From assembly GCA_963842525.1 (NCBI GenBank), contig CAWJGT010000001.1:1-64000 (forward strand): a stretch of DNA of 64,000 nucleotides, in the 5' to 3' direction. The notes beneath the pieces are model-generated. The model did no database searches and was not told where the DNA came from. It saw only the letters and a program-made list of their open reading frames with translations. Below, piece after piece: positions 8,295-17,602 of the stretch. The DNA is from an uncultured Holophagales bacterium. Its GTDB lineage: Bacteria; Acidobacteriota; Thermoanaerobaculia; Multivoradales; UBA5704. The position numbers and the translations under genes were made by a program. Position 1 is the stretch's first letter. Each line of letters starts with the position of its first letter.

Positions 8295-10187
8295 ATGCGT
8301 CAGGTCCGGTTCACCGATCGGCTTCGGTATGCGTTCGACAACAGCATGTCCCGGGGGGCGATCGCTCTGATCGGCTATCTCGGTCTGGCCTCTCTGGCTC
8401 TCATCGGCCTTGCGGCGCTGATAATCGTCCTCTTCAACATCGCGCCCGATGGGGAGGGCCAGCCCGGGTTTCTCGAGGCCGCCTGGCTGAGCCTCATGCG
8501 CACGCTCGACTCGGGCACCATGGGCGGCGATGCCGGCCAGGGGTTCCGGGGGGCCATGCTGTTCGTCACCCTGGGCGGCATCTTCATCGTCAGCGCCCTG
8601 ATCGGCGTCATCAACAACGGCATCGAGGACAAGCTGACCGAGCTGCGCAAGGGGCGGTCGTTTGTGCTCGAGCGCGACCACACGCTGATCCTCGGCTGGT
8701 CGCCCAAGGTCTTCACCATCCTTTCCGAGCTGGTGCTCGCCAATGAAAACCGGACCAAACCGCGCGTCGTCATCCTCGCCGAGAAGGACAAGGTCGAGAT
8801 GGAGGACGAGATCGCGGACAAGGTGGGGTCCACGGGCAAGACGCGCATCATCTGCCGGACCGGCACGCCGCTCGACCTGAACGACCTCGAGATCGTCAAC
8901 CCGCATGCGGCGCGGTCGATCATCATCCTGGCGCCGGAGAGCGAGGAGCCCGACTCCGAGGTCATCAAGTCGATCCTGGCGATCACCAACAACCCGCACC
9001 GCCGGCCGGAGCCGTACCACATCGTCGCCGAGATCGACGAGCCGCGGAACCTGGAAGTCGCCCGCATGGTGGGGCGCGACGAGGCCCAGCTCGTGGTCAC
9101 CGGCGACCTCATCTCGCGCATTATCGTGCAGACCTCGCGGCAGTCGGGCCTCTCGGTGGTCTATACGGAGCTGCTCGACTTCGGCGGCGACGAGATCTAT
9201 TTCCAGGAGGAGCCGCAGCTCGTGGGCCGCACCTTCGCCGAGGCTCTGCTCGCCTACGAGGATTCGGCGATCATGGGCCTGCGCTTCCGCGACGGCCGCA
9301 TCCAGCTCAATCCGCCGATGGACACCCGCATCGCGGCGGGCGACCAGGTGATCGCGATCGCGGAGGACGACGACACGGTGCGGCTCTCCGACCGGCGCCT
9401 GGAGATCGACGAAGGCGCGATCCAGAGCTCGCGGCCGTCGGATCCCCGGCCCGAGAAGACGCTCCTCCTCGGCTGGAACGAGCGCGGCGCCACGATCCTC
9501 GAGGAGCTCGACCGCTATGTCGCGCAGGGCTCGGAGCTGGTCCTCGTGGCCGACATCGAAGGGCTGGAAGAGCGGCTCGCCCGCGATATCTCCCTCCAGA
9601 ACCAGCGGCTCACGGTGCGGGAGGCCGACACCGCCGACCGCCGGGTGCTCAACGGGCTCGGGGTCGAGGGCTTCGAACAGATCATCATCCTCTGCTATTC
9701 GGACGTGCTCGGGATCCAGGAGGCGGACGCGCGGACGCTCATCACGCTGCTCCACCTGCGCGACATCGCGGAGAAGGGAGGCCACGATTTCCGCATCGTC
9801 AGCGAGATGCTGGACGTGCGCAACCGCGAGCTCGCCGAGGTCACCCAGGCCGACGACTTCATCGTCAGCAACAAGCTCACCAGCCTGATGCTCTCGCAGA
9901 TCTCGGAAAACAAGGAGCTGAGCGCCGTCTTCGCCGACCTCTTCGATCCCGAGGGCTCCGAGATCTACCTCAAGCCGGCGGCCGACTATGTCGAGACCGG
10001 CCGGTCCGTGACCTTCTACACCGTGGCCGAAGCGGCGCGCCGGCGCGGCGAGGTGGCGATCGGCTACCGCCACCTTGCCCTGTCCAAGGACGCGTCGCAG
10101 TCCTACGGAGTGGCGGTGAATCCGAAGAAATCGGACAAGGTGACCTTCGCGGCCGAGGATCAGATCATCGTGTTGGCGGAGGAGTAG
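8295..10187 (+). CDS. CASTOR/POLLUX-like ion channel with RCK domains
   Basis: Two TM helices with a [10 protein letters not shown] pore loop; HTLILGWS; [12 protein letters not shown]; [13 protein letters not shown]. Confidence 0.85.
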   Translation: MRQVRFTDRLRYAFDNSMSRGAIALIGYLGLASLALIGLAALIIVLFNIAPDGEGQPGFLEAAWLSLMRTLDSGTMGGDAGQGFRGAMLFVTLGGIFIVSALIGVINNGIEDKLTELRKGRSFVLERDHTLILGWSPKVFTILSELVLANENRTKPRVVILAEKDKVEMEDEIADKVGSTGKTRIICRTGTPLDLNDLEIVNPHAARSIIILAPESEEPDSEVIKSILAITNNPHRRPEPYHIVAEIDEPRNLEVARMVGRDEAQLVVTGDLISRIIVQTSRQSGLSVVYTELLDFGGDEIYFQEEPQLVGRTFAEALLAYEDSAIMGLRFRDGRIQLNPPMDTRIAAGDQVIAIAEDDDTVRLSDRRLEIDEGAIQSSRPSDPRPEKTLLLGWNERGATILEELDRYVAQGSELVLVADIEGLEERLARDISLQNQRLTVREADTADRRVLNGLGVEGFEQIIILCYSDVLGIQEADARTLITLLHLRDIAEKGGHDFRIVSEMLDVRNRELAEVTQADDFIVSNKLTSLMLSQISENKELSAVFADLFDPEGSEIYLKPAADYVETGRSVTFYTVAEAARRRGEVAIGYRHLALSKDASQSYGVAVNPKKSDKVTFAAEDQIIVLAEE

Positions 10188-10373
10188 CAGGGCCTGCATC
10201 GGCGCGCGGAGCAAGACCACCGAAGCGGCCGGCGCAGAAGGCGGCTCGCTTTCCCGTCTTCGAGGTACCTGCGGGCGCCCGGATGATTCCAGCCTCGCTG
10301 ATCCGGAAAGCCCTTTGACGAGGATGACACCGTCTGACAGGGCGTCTCGAAAGTCTCTGGACGAAGAGTTTCT

Positions 10374-10489
10374 CCCTGGGACCGCGGGCGTCTCGCCCGC
10401 CCTCTCCTCACGCTCGGGCCGGCGTCGGGTTGGCGGCAACGCCGCGGTCGATGAAAGCCTGTGCGGGCGAGACGCCCGCGTTCCCAGGG
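10374..10489. repeat. Inverted pair of REP-like palindromes
   Basis: CCCTGGGACCGCGGGCGTCTCGCCCGC ... GCGGGCGAGACGCCCGCGTTCCCAGGG. Confidence 0.75.
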
Positions 10490-10604
10490 GCCCCCACCAC
10501 GCAACCTGTTCACCTGCTCGGCCTCCTCCAAGGCAATCCAGTGGGTGGTCTCGTCGAAGAGGACGAGCCGGCCCTGATCGCAGAGGTCGAGGGATACAGC
10601 CCTT

Positions 10605-10838
10605 CTAGGATTCGAGGTCGAGGGGATCGTGGAGCTCGCGCGAGGGCAAGTCCAGGTCGGCGCCCCGTGCGGGCCCGAAGATCTTCAGAAACAGATCACC
10701 CAGCCTCTCCGGCGATGAAACGGCTCGCGTGAGGATCTGCCGGGCTTCCTCCTCCATCGACACCCCGCGCCGCGCCGCGCGGTCGCGGAGTCGATCATGG
10801 ATTTCGTCGTCGAGCTTGCGGATGCTCAGGCTGGCCAC
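10605..10838 (-). CDS. FitA-like ribbon-helix-helix antitoxin (orphan)
   Basis: GTG start after AAGGAGG; [35 protein letters not shown]. Confidence 0.8.
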   Translation of the reverse strand: MASLSIRKLDDEIHDRLRDRAARRGVSMEEEARQILTRAVSSPERLGDLFLKIFGPARGADLDLPSRELHDPLDLES

Positions 10839-10864
10839 AGAGACCTCCTTGCCATAGCGCCGGT

Positions 10865-10890
10865 CCACTGCTAGCACATGCTAGCAGTGG
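10865..10890. promoter_or_regulatory. Palindromic operator CCACTGCTAGCA-CA-TGCTAGCAGTGG
   Basis: 12-bp inverted repeat just upstream of the RHH gene; TGCTAGCA resembles the FitA-type TGCTATCA half-site. Confidence 0.65.
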
Positions 10891-10972
10891 CTGCGGACAG
10901 AGTATGCTGGGAGTGGCAGCGCTTCCGGCGGGATGATGCCACGAACGGACACCGGGCCGGCGAGGAGGACCC

Positions 10973-11463
10973 ATGAGATATGTGATGAAGGAGAAGCTTT
11001 TCGACTTCGGGGACGATTTCGTCATCCGGGACGAGGACGGCCGCGAGGCTTTCTATGTCGACGGCAGGGTGCTGGCGATCGGCGACAAGCTGGTCTTCAA
11101 GGACCGCGCCGGGCGTGAGCTGGCCCGGATCGAGAAGAAGCTCCTCTCCTGGGGGACGACCTACGAGATCTACCGCGACGGCCGGCATGCCGCGACGGTC
11201 AAGAAGTCGCTGTTCAATTTCCTGCGGTGCACGTTCACGGTCGACGTCCCCGGGCCGGGCGACCTGGAGGCGCGCGGCGATTTCCTCGATCACGAGTACA
11301 CCTTCACCCGCGGGGACGAGGTCTGGCCCGCGTCTCCAAGAAGTGGTTCTCCTGGCGGGACACCTACGGCATCGATATCCGGGAGGGCGAGGACGAGGTC
11401 CTCCTGCTGGCGTGCGCGGTGGTGATCGAGCGGTCCTGCCACGACAAGGAGGATGGCCATGAC
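10973..11463 (+). CDS. LURP-one-related/scramblase family protein (frameshift ~11330)
   Basis: MRYVMKEKLFDFGDDFVIRDEDG...GDFLDHEY continues in another frame as ARVSKKWFSWRDTYGIDI. Confidence 0.8.
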
Positions 11464-12878
11464 TAGGGCGTCGGCCCTGGCCTTCGGCCTCCTGCTTCTC
11501 GCGCTCCCGGGAGCCGCCGCCGAGCCGCCGGCAGCTCCGGTGCCGGGGCTGCCGGAAGACGTTTCGCCGCTGCCGGCCGAGGCCGCGCAGCGCATGGACG
11601 AGCTGATGAAGGCCGCCGAGAAGTACCGTGGGCTCAAGGCGAAGCGGCCGGTGGCCTCGGGCGTGATCGAAGAGAAAGTCCTGCGCGGCAAGGTCGCCGA
11701 GGAGCTGCAACAGGATCTGCCTGCCGAGGTGCTGCGGGCCCTGGGCGCCGGCCTCCAGGCGTTCGGCCTGCTCCCGGCGGACCTCGACCTCGCCCGCTAC
11801 TACCCGGAGCTGCTGACCAGCCAGGTGGCCGGCTACTACGATCCGGAGCGTAAATACCTGAGCATGGTCCACCGGGACGGCAGCCTGCTGGGTCCGGCGG
11901 CCGACGGGCTCGGCAAGCAAGCCGAGCAGCTCGAGGAGATGCTCCTCGTCCACGAGCTGACCCATGCGCTCCAGGACCAGCACTTCGACCTCAAGACCTT
12001 CGTCGAGGCCGCTCCGCTCTCGGACGCGGGCGTCGCCCGGCTGTCCCTGGTCGAGGGCGACGCAACGCTGACGATGTTCAATTTCTTTATCGGGATGCCG
12101 ATCGAGGCCATTCCCGGCGCTGGCCAGGCTCTGAGCTCACTCGATTCCGAGAAGCTCCTGGCCGCGGGCATGGACCTGCCCGGCACCCGCGAGCTGGCCG
12201 GCGCGCCCGCCTGGCTGCGCGATACGCTGCTCTTCAGCTATCTCGAAGGGTATTCGTTCTGCGTCAGCGTGCGGCAGAAGGGCGGGCAGGCGCTCCTCGA
12301 CTATTCCTTCAACCAGGATCCGCCCCGCTCTTCGGAGCAGATCCTTCATCCCGAGAAGTGGCACACGCGGCGCGACGATCCGGTCGTCCTGAGCTGGCCG
12401 GACCTGTCGGGCCGGCTTCCGGGGTTCCGCAAGGTGACCGAGGGGGAGCTGGGGAGCTGGGATCCGTACCCTCCTCCGTGGAGTCTTGCAGGATGCCGGC
12501 CGGGCCTCGGCCGCGGCGGCCGGCTGGGGAGGCGACCGGTTCGCCCTCTATGAAAAGGACGGCCGCCGCGTCCTGGCGTGGATCACGGAGTGGGACACCG
12601 AGGCCGATGCGAAGGAGGGCCTCGCCGCGGCGGAGCGGCTGGGCGAAGGGTGGCGGGTGGATCTCGTCGCCCCGCGCCGGATGGTGGCGCTGCGTTGGGC
12701 CCGGCGCGGCGAGGTTGCCGGGCTCAAGGCGGCCCTGGCCGCTGTTCCGGCCCCCCGGCCCGAGAATCGGGACCTCGACCTCGCGGCGCGCGGGATCGGC
12801 AAGGAAGGCGACCCCTCGAAGCTGCTCCAGAGTCCGATGGCGCAGCAGCTCCTCAACCGGGAGAAGCCTTCCGGTTGA
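11459..12878 (+). CDS. Secreted zincin-like putative metallopeptidase (frameshift ~12465)
   Basis: Signal peptide; AGYYDP, HELTHALQDQHF, EGDA, PPRSSEQILHPEK; AAAGWGGDR in the downstream frame. Confidence 0.7.
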
Positions 12879-12947
12879 CGGGAAAATGATCGGACGGGAG
12901 GGCCCTCGCGGGTATCCTCCCGTCGATCTCCCGCGGATTCGGGACCT

Positions 12948-13394
12948 CTACCGCACCACTTCCATCAGCCGGTCCAGGGTCGGGATGTGCCCGCGCTGCT
13001 TCTCGAGCAGGCCGCGGAGCATGGCCTGGCAGTCGGCGGGGAGGTTCTTGTCCTCCAGCGCGTCCTGGTAGTCCTTGAGGCCGTGCTCCTCCCCCTCCTT
13101 CAGGGCCTTGAGCGCCGCCTTGTTGCCGAACAGCTTGGCCGTTCCCTCGACCGCCTTGGCGAACGTGCCCCAGGGGCCGGAGCCTTCCGAGGGGCGGCCG
13201 CCGTGCTGCTCGATGTGGTGCCAGAGCGCGTCGGCCGCATCGCGGTGGTCGCGCTGGAGTGCCAGCAGGTCCGCCACCCCGGGCTCGTCGCTGTCGGCGA
13301 GCTTCTCCAGGGCCTGGCGGTAGGTCTCGATCGCGGACATCTCGCCTCGCAAGAGGCTGTTGAGGGCGGTGATATCGATCGTTGTCGTCTGCAT
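12948..13394 (-). CDS. DUF2383/PA2169-like ferritin-fold four-helix bundle protein
   Basis: LNSLLRGEMSAIETYRQAL...LKEGEEHGLKDY. Confidence 0.75.
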   Translation of the reverse strand: MQTTTIDITALNSLLRGEMSAIETYRQALEKLADSDEPGVADLLALQRDHRDAADALWHHIEQHGGRPSEGSGPWGTFAKAVEGTAKLFGNKAALKALKEGEEHGLKDYQDALEDKNLPADCQAMLRGLLEKQRGHIPTLDRLMEVVR

Positions 13395-13490
13395 TGCATG
13401 TCCTCCTTGACAAGCTGTGATGACCAAGTAGAAGGGCTCTCTCGGCCCTGCCCCGGCAGGGCCTGCAAGCGATGTGCCGGAGGGGGCTAT

Positions 13491-14867
13491 TCAGACCTCG
13501 CCGGAGGGGACGGTCGCCGTTCGGGCGGTGCGGATGCGGACGTTCTTGATGCGGTTGTTCTCGGCGTCCAGGATCTCGATCGAGACCGGCCCGAGGTCGA
13601 TCCGGTCGCCGACGGCCGGAGCGCGGCCGAGCTCGGAGAGGACCACGCCGCCGATCGTGTCCTCATCGCGGTCGGACAGCTCGATGCCCAGCTCGTCCTC
13701 GAGGTCCTCGACGAGCATGCCGCCGGAGACCTCGTAGACCCCCTCCTCGGTCTCCCGCACCTCGGGCTTCTCGACGTCGAACTCGTCCAGGATGGGGCCG
13801 ACGATCTCCTCGATCACGTCCTCGAAGGCCACCACGCCCGAGACGCCGCCGTATTCGTCGAGGACCGCGGCAATGTGGAAGCGCTCGGTGCGCATCCGTT
13901 TGAGCAGCCGGTCGAGCTCCAGGCTCTCGGGGACCATGGCGATCTCTCGCGCCACCTCGCGCAGGGACGCCAAGGGGCGCTCCCGGCGGAAGATGTCCTT
14001 GATGTGGACGAGGCCGACCACATGGTCGAGGTCCCCATCGCAGAGGGGGAACCGCGTGTGGCCGCTGCGGCGTGCGATCCGCAGGTTCTCGGCCACGGAG
14101 CGCGTGGTCGAGAGGTAGACCACGTCCTGGCGGGGGATCATGATCTGCCGCGCCACCCGGTGCGACAGCTCGAAGATGTTGTCCAGCCACTCGCGCTTCG
14201 TCTTCGAGACGTGCGCGGCGTCGCTGGAGGCCAGGAGGAGGCGCAGCTCCTCTTCGTCGTGCGCCAGCTCGCCCTCGCTCACCGGCGCGATGCCGACCAG
14301 CCGGAGCAGGAAATTCGCCGTGTGGTTGAGCAGCCAGATCGCCGGGTAGGTGATCTTGTAGAAGACGATCAGCGGTAGCGCAACTGCCAGCGCCGTCGGC
14401 TCCGCCTTGCGGATGGCGATCGATTTGGGAGCCAGCTCGCCCAGCACGATGTGCAGGATCATGATCACCAGGAACGCGGTGGTGGCCGCGGCCGAATGGA
14501 GGATCTGCGGATCGCTCGTGAACGGCCGGACGACCGGCTCGATGATCCAGGCGAAGGCCGGCTCGCCGATCCAGCCCAGGGCGAGGCTCGCCAGGGTGAT
14601 GCCGAGCTGGGTCGCCGACAGGTAGGCGTCGAGGTGGCGGACCATGTGCCGCGCCATCTTGGCCCGGCGCAACCCTTGCTGGACGAAGGGCTCGAGCTGG
14701 GTCGGCCGCACCTTCACCAGGGCGAACTCGGCGGCGACGAAGAAGCCGTTGAGCAGCACCAGCAGGAGCGCCAGGAAGAGCCCCAGGACGGGAGAGTCGT
14801 CGAGGGGAGTGCCGCCCGGGACGGACGCGGCGAGGAGGAACGGGCTCACCGGCGCACCTCTGCCCAC
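13491..14867 (-). CDS. Hemolysin-family CNNM-CBS-CorC transporter
   Basis: NGFFVAAEFALV, QLGITLASL, GELAPK, HTRFP, DEYGG. Confidence 0.92.
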   Translation of the reverse strand: MGRGAPVSPFLLAASVPGGTPLDDSPVLGLFLALLLVLLNGFFVAAEFALVKVRPTQLEPFVQQGLRRAKMARHMVRHLDAYLSATQLGITLASLALGWIGEPAFAWIIEPVVRPFTSDPQILHSAAATTAFLVIMILHIVLGELAPKSIAIRKAEPTALAVALPLIVFYKITYPAIWLLNHTANFLLRLVGIAPVSEGELAHDEEELRLLLASSDAAHVSKTKREWLDNIFELSHRVARQIMIPRQDVVYLSTTRSVAENLRIARRSGHTRFPLCDGDLDHVVGLVHIKDIFRRERPLASLREVAREIAMVPESLELDRLLKRMRTERFHIAAVLDEYGGVSGVVAFEDVIEEIVGPILDEFDVEKPEVRETEEGVYEVSGGMLVEDLEDELGIELSDRDEDTIGGVVLSELGRAPAVGDRIDLGPVSIEILDAENNRIKNVRIRTARTATVPSGEV

Positions 14868-15040
14868 ACCTCTTCCGGGAGGGGCTTGGGGCGGCCTGGC
14901 AGGATGGAGTGGAGACGGGGACTCGGAGGGTCTTGACTCAAGGCGGGACGTATTTTAACACACCCCCGCCCGGACGTTTTTACAAGGCTGCGGAGCCGCC
15001 GCGGGAGCCGGAAGCCCTCGCGGCGGGAAGTGGGACTGGC

Positions 15041-15652
15041 TCAGAAGCGGGCGCGGAGTCCGAGGTAGACCTTGCTCTGCACCTCGTCGGCCGTATCCTG
15101 CACGAGGTCGAAGCGGCCGGCCCCGAAGGCGCTCAGGGAGCGGGTGAGGCGGAGGTCGAGGCCGAACTGGGCGTTGGCCCCGAGCTTGGTCTCGCTGCCG
15201 CTCTCGCGCGGATCGCCCGTCGCCAGGGCGGCGTCGATGAAATGGACGCCGAGGCCGACGCCGAGGAAGGTCTCGGCCGCGGCGAAGGGGAAGGCGCCGA
15301 CCAGGTTGACGCCGAGCAGCAGGTCGCTCCCTTCGATCTGGTTGCCCGACGACTCCCAGTAGCCGATCTCGGGCTCGAGATAGCCCTGGATGCTCTTGTC
15401 ACCCCGGCCCCGGTCATACCCCTCCCCCCCGTTCTCTTCGTCGTCGTAGCGTCCGACCCGTATGCGGAACGCGGCCATCAGATACATCTCCGTCTCGTCC
15501 GCGGGCTCGACGAGGCCGACGCCCACGGCCAGCGCCCAGTTGGAGACATCGGCCCCTTCGTCGTCGTAATTGTCGTCCTGCTGTGCCCAGGTCGGGCCAC
15601 TGCCGAGGAGCAGGGCACCCGCCACCATCGAGGTCGTCAGCCAGCGTCTCAT
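15041..15652 (-). CDS. Outer-membrane beta-barrel protein
   Basis: Signal peptide, alternating beta strands, C-terminal LGLRARF. Confidence 0.7.
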   Translation of the reverse strand: MRRWLTTSMVAGALLLGSGPTWAQQDDNYDDEGADVSNWALAVGVGLVEPADETEMYLMAAFRIRVGRYDDEENGGEGYDRGRGDKSIQGYLEPEIGYWESSGNQIEGSDLLLGVNLVGAFPFAAAETFLGVGLGVHFIDAALATGDPRESGSETKLGANAQFGLDLRLTRSLSAFGAGRFDLVQDTADEVQSKVYLGLRARF

Positions 15653-15740
15653 GTCATCTCCTCTCGCGAACGCGGATTTCTGTGCTTTTTAGATGCCTTA
15701 TCGTAGCATGGGCCTTGGCCAGTTCCCAAGGAAACCCTCG

Positions 15741-16190
15741 ATGCCGCCGTCCGGAAACAGCCTCCGCCGTGCCTTACGCCGCAGTCCCCGCGAATGGGGT
15801 CTTTTCGCCCGGGCCTGGCTCACCTTGCTCGTCGCGGATCTCTGCCTCCGCTGGCTCTCCTTCCCCCGCGTCGAGCGGCTGTTCGCGCCGTCTCCGGCAC
15901 GGTCGAGGATGCAGGCCGACGACGAGGCAGTGCGGCTCCGGGTCTGGGCCGTCGACGCCGCGGCCCGGCACCATCTGCGCCCCATGACCTGCCTGCCACG
16001 CACGCTCAGTCTGCGCTGGCTCCTCGGCCGGGCGGGCATCCCGACGGACCTCAGGATCGGGGTCGCACGCCAGGGCGGCCGGCTCCTCGCCCATGCCTGG
16101 GTGGAACGGAACGGACAGTCGATCGGTGAGCGCGAAGGGGAGCTGTCGGCCTTCCATCCCCTGCGCGAAGCGTCCTCTTTGCGCCGCTGA
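15741..16190 (+). CDS. Lasso peptide leader peptidase B2 (transglutaminase-like)
   Basis: TCLPRTL, LRIGV, AHAWVE (Cys-His motifs). Confidence 0.9.
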   Translation: MPPSGNSLRRALRRSPREWGLFARAWLTLLVADLCLRWLSFPRVERLFAPSPARSRMQADDEAVRLRVWAVDAAARHHLRPMTCLPRTLSLRWLLGRAGIPTDLRIGVARQGGRLLAHAWVERNGQSIGEREGELSAFHPLREASSLRR

Positions 16191-16191
16191 G

Positions 16192-16519
16192 TCACGGTGC
16201 CTCCGGCGGTCGCTCGGTCTCGCCCTGCAGGCGAAGGAGCCGGCGGGAGGCCAGCGTCTGGACGAACCGGACCAGGTCGGCCTCCAGTTGCTCCGGGGCG
16301 ACGTCGTACTCCTGGAGCAACTGGCGATACGCGGCTCCGACGTTGCCATGCTCCTTCAGGAGGAGCCACATCCGGGTTCCCACCTGGTCGAGGCCGAAAT
16401 AGAGTCCTGTCTCGGTATCCAGAAGGACCGTTTCGCCTTCGATCTCGTGGAAGAGGACGGTTGACGGCACGGACAGGCGCGTGGCGAGGTCGATCGTCCG
16501 AGGCGCGGAGCTTCTCCAT
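16192..16519 (-). CDS. PqqD-family RiPP recognition element (lasso B1); probable frameshift near the 5' end
   Basis: VLFHEIEGETVLLDTETGLYFGLDQVGTRMW...LLQEYDVAPEQLEADLVRFVQTL. Confidence 0.88.
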
Positions 16520-16527
16520 AGGCTGCG

Positions 16528-17499
16528 TCAGTCCAGGACCGGCGGAACGGCGCGCCGGACACTCTCCACCACCCGCGGGAGGTGCTCGAATCCGGAAGGA
16601 TAGGAGAGCCGGTAGAGCGGCACCGCCCCGGCCACGCGCGCCAGCGTGTCGAGGCGGACGGGCTGGAGGCCCGCAGCTTCCACCATGTGGGGGGTGAAGG
16701 AGTGCCGGAGCAGCTCGATGACTGCTGCCGCCGGCGGAATGGGACGAATCTCGATCTCGGGCTCGTTCCTCCGCTCGGGGAGGAAGATCGCCGCGAGGGG
16801 CGCGGGCGAGCCATGGAACCGGCCGAGACTGGCCGGCCCCCCGGAGAGACCGACCGGCACGCGTCGCTTGGAGAGCCGCGGGTGGACGAGCGGCAGGTGC
16901 TCGAAGGCGCCGAGGAAATGCCCGGCCGCGTCCGGCCACATACGCATCTGCGGGTAGCCGGGCCGGACGAAGAAGACGCCTTCCCGCTCCTCCAGAGCCG
17001 CGATGTCGTCCGTCAGCAGCGGACAGCCGGCCTCCTGCATCAGCGCGGCAGCGATGCCGGTCTTGCCGCCCCCCTCCGAGGAAAGAAACGCCACAGCCCG
17101 GCCGTCTACGATTACGGCCGAGGCGTGCAGGGCAGGATGGCCGAGGCGTTCGAGCCAATAGGCCAGGACGGGGCCGAGAAGGCGGATCTCCACCACCGCG
17201 AGATGGTCAGGGCTCACCGCCGGGCTCCCACAGGCGATCCAACCTGGACGGAGATGGAAATCGGCGAGACCTGGGAAGCACAGGAGCTCACAGGTGTCCT
17301 GCCGGTAGAGCAGGGCCGCGGGCTCGCCGTCCGCTGTGCGGAAGGGACTGCGGTAGACCAAGTGCTCCCGGCTGGCTGTTGCGAGCGGCTGCCTAGTGAG
17401 AGTGATGGTCAGCGCGGCGGGAGGGCTCCCCGGCACGAGCGGGCTGACGAAGGGGAATTCGCTTGCCAGGTCGAGGCCGAAGAGGTGGTAGAAGCGCAA
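16528..17499 (-). CDS. HPr-kinase-like (lasso-associated) kinase
   Basis: LHASAV..DGRAVAFL..GGGKT, LLTDD, PGYPQMRMWPDA. Confidence 0.8.
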   Translation of the reverse strand: MRFYHLFGLDLASEFPFVSPLVPGSPPAALTITLTRQPLATASREHLVYRSPFRTADGEPAALLYRQDTCELLCFPGLADFHLRPGWIACGSPAVSPDHLAVVEIRLLGPVLAYWLERLGHPALHASAVIVDGRAVAFLSSEGGGKTGIAAALMQEAGCPLLTDDIAALEEREGVFFVRPGYPQMRMWPDAAGHFLGAFEHLPLVHPRLSKRRVPVGLSGGPASLGRFHGSPAPLAAIFLPERRNEPEIEIRPIPPAAAVIELLRHSFTPHMVEAAGLQPVRLDTLARVAGAVPLYRLSYPSGFEHLPRVVESVRRAVPPVLD

Positions 17500-17558
17500 G
17501 GACGTCGACTCCTCCGATCGCGGGAGAGAGTCTATCTTCAGCCGGCGCGAGAGGCAGG

Positions 17559-17586
17559 AAAAGGGGAGGGCTCCAGAGCCCTCCCC
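17559..17586 (-). terminator. Rho-independent terminator after the large SdrD-B protein gene
   Basis: On the minus strand GGGGAGGGCTC-TG-GAGCCCTCCCC followed by TTTT. Confidence 0.75.
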
Positions 17587-17602
17587 CCATGTGTCGATCC
17601 CG

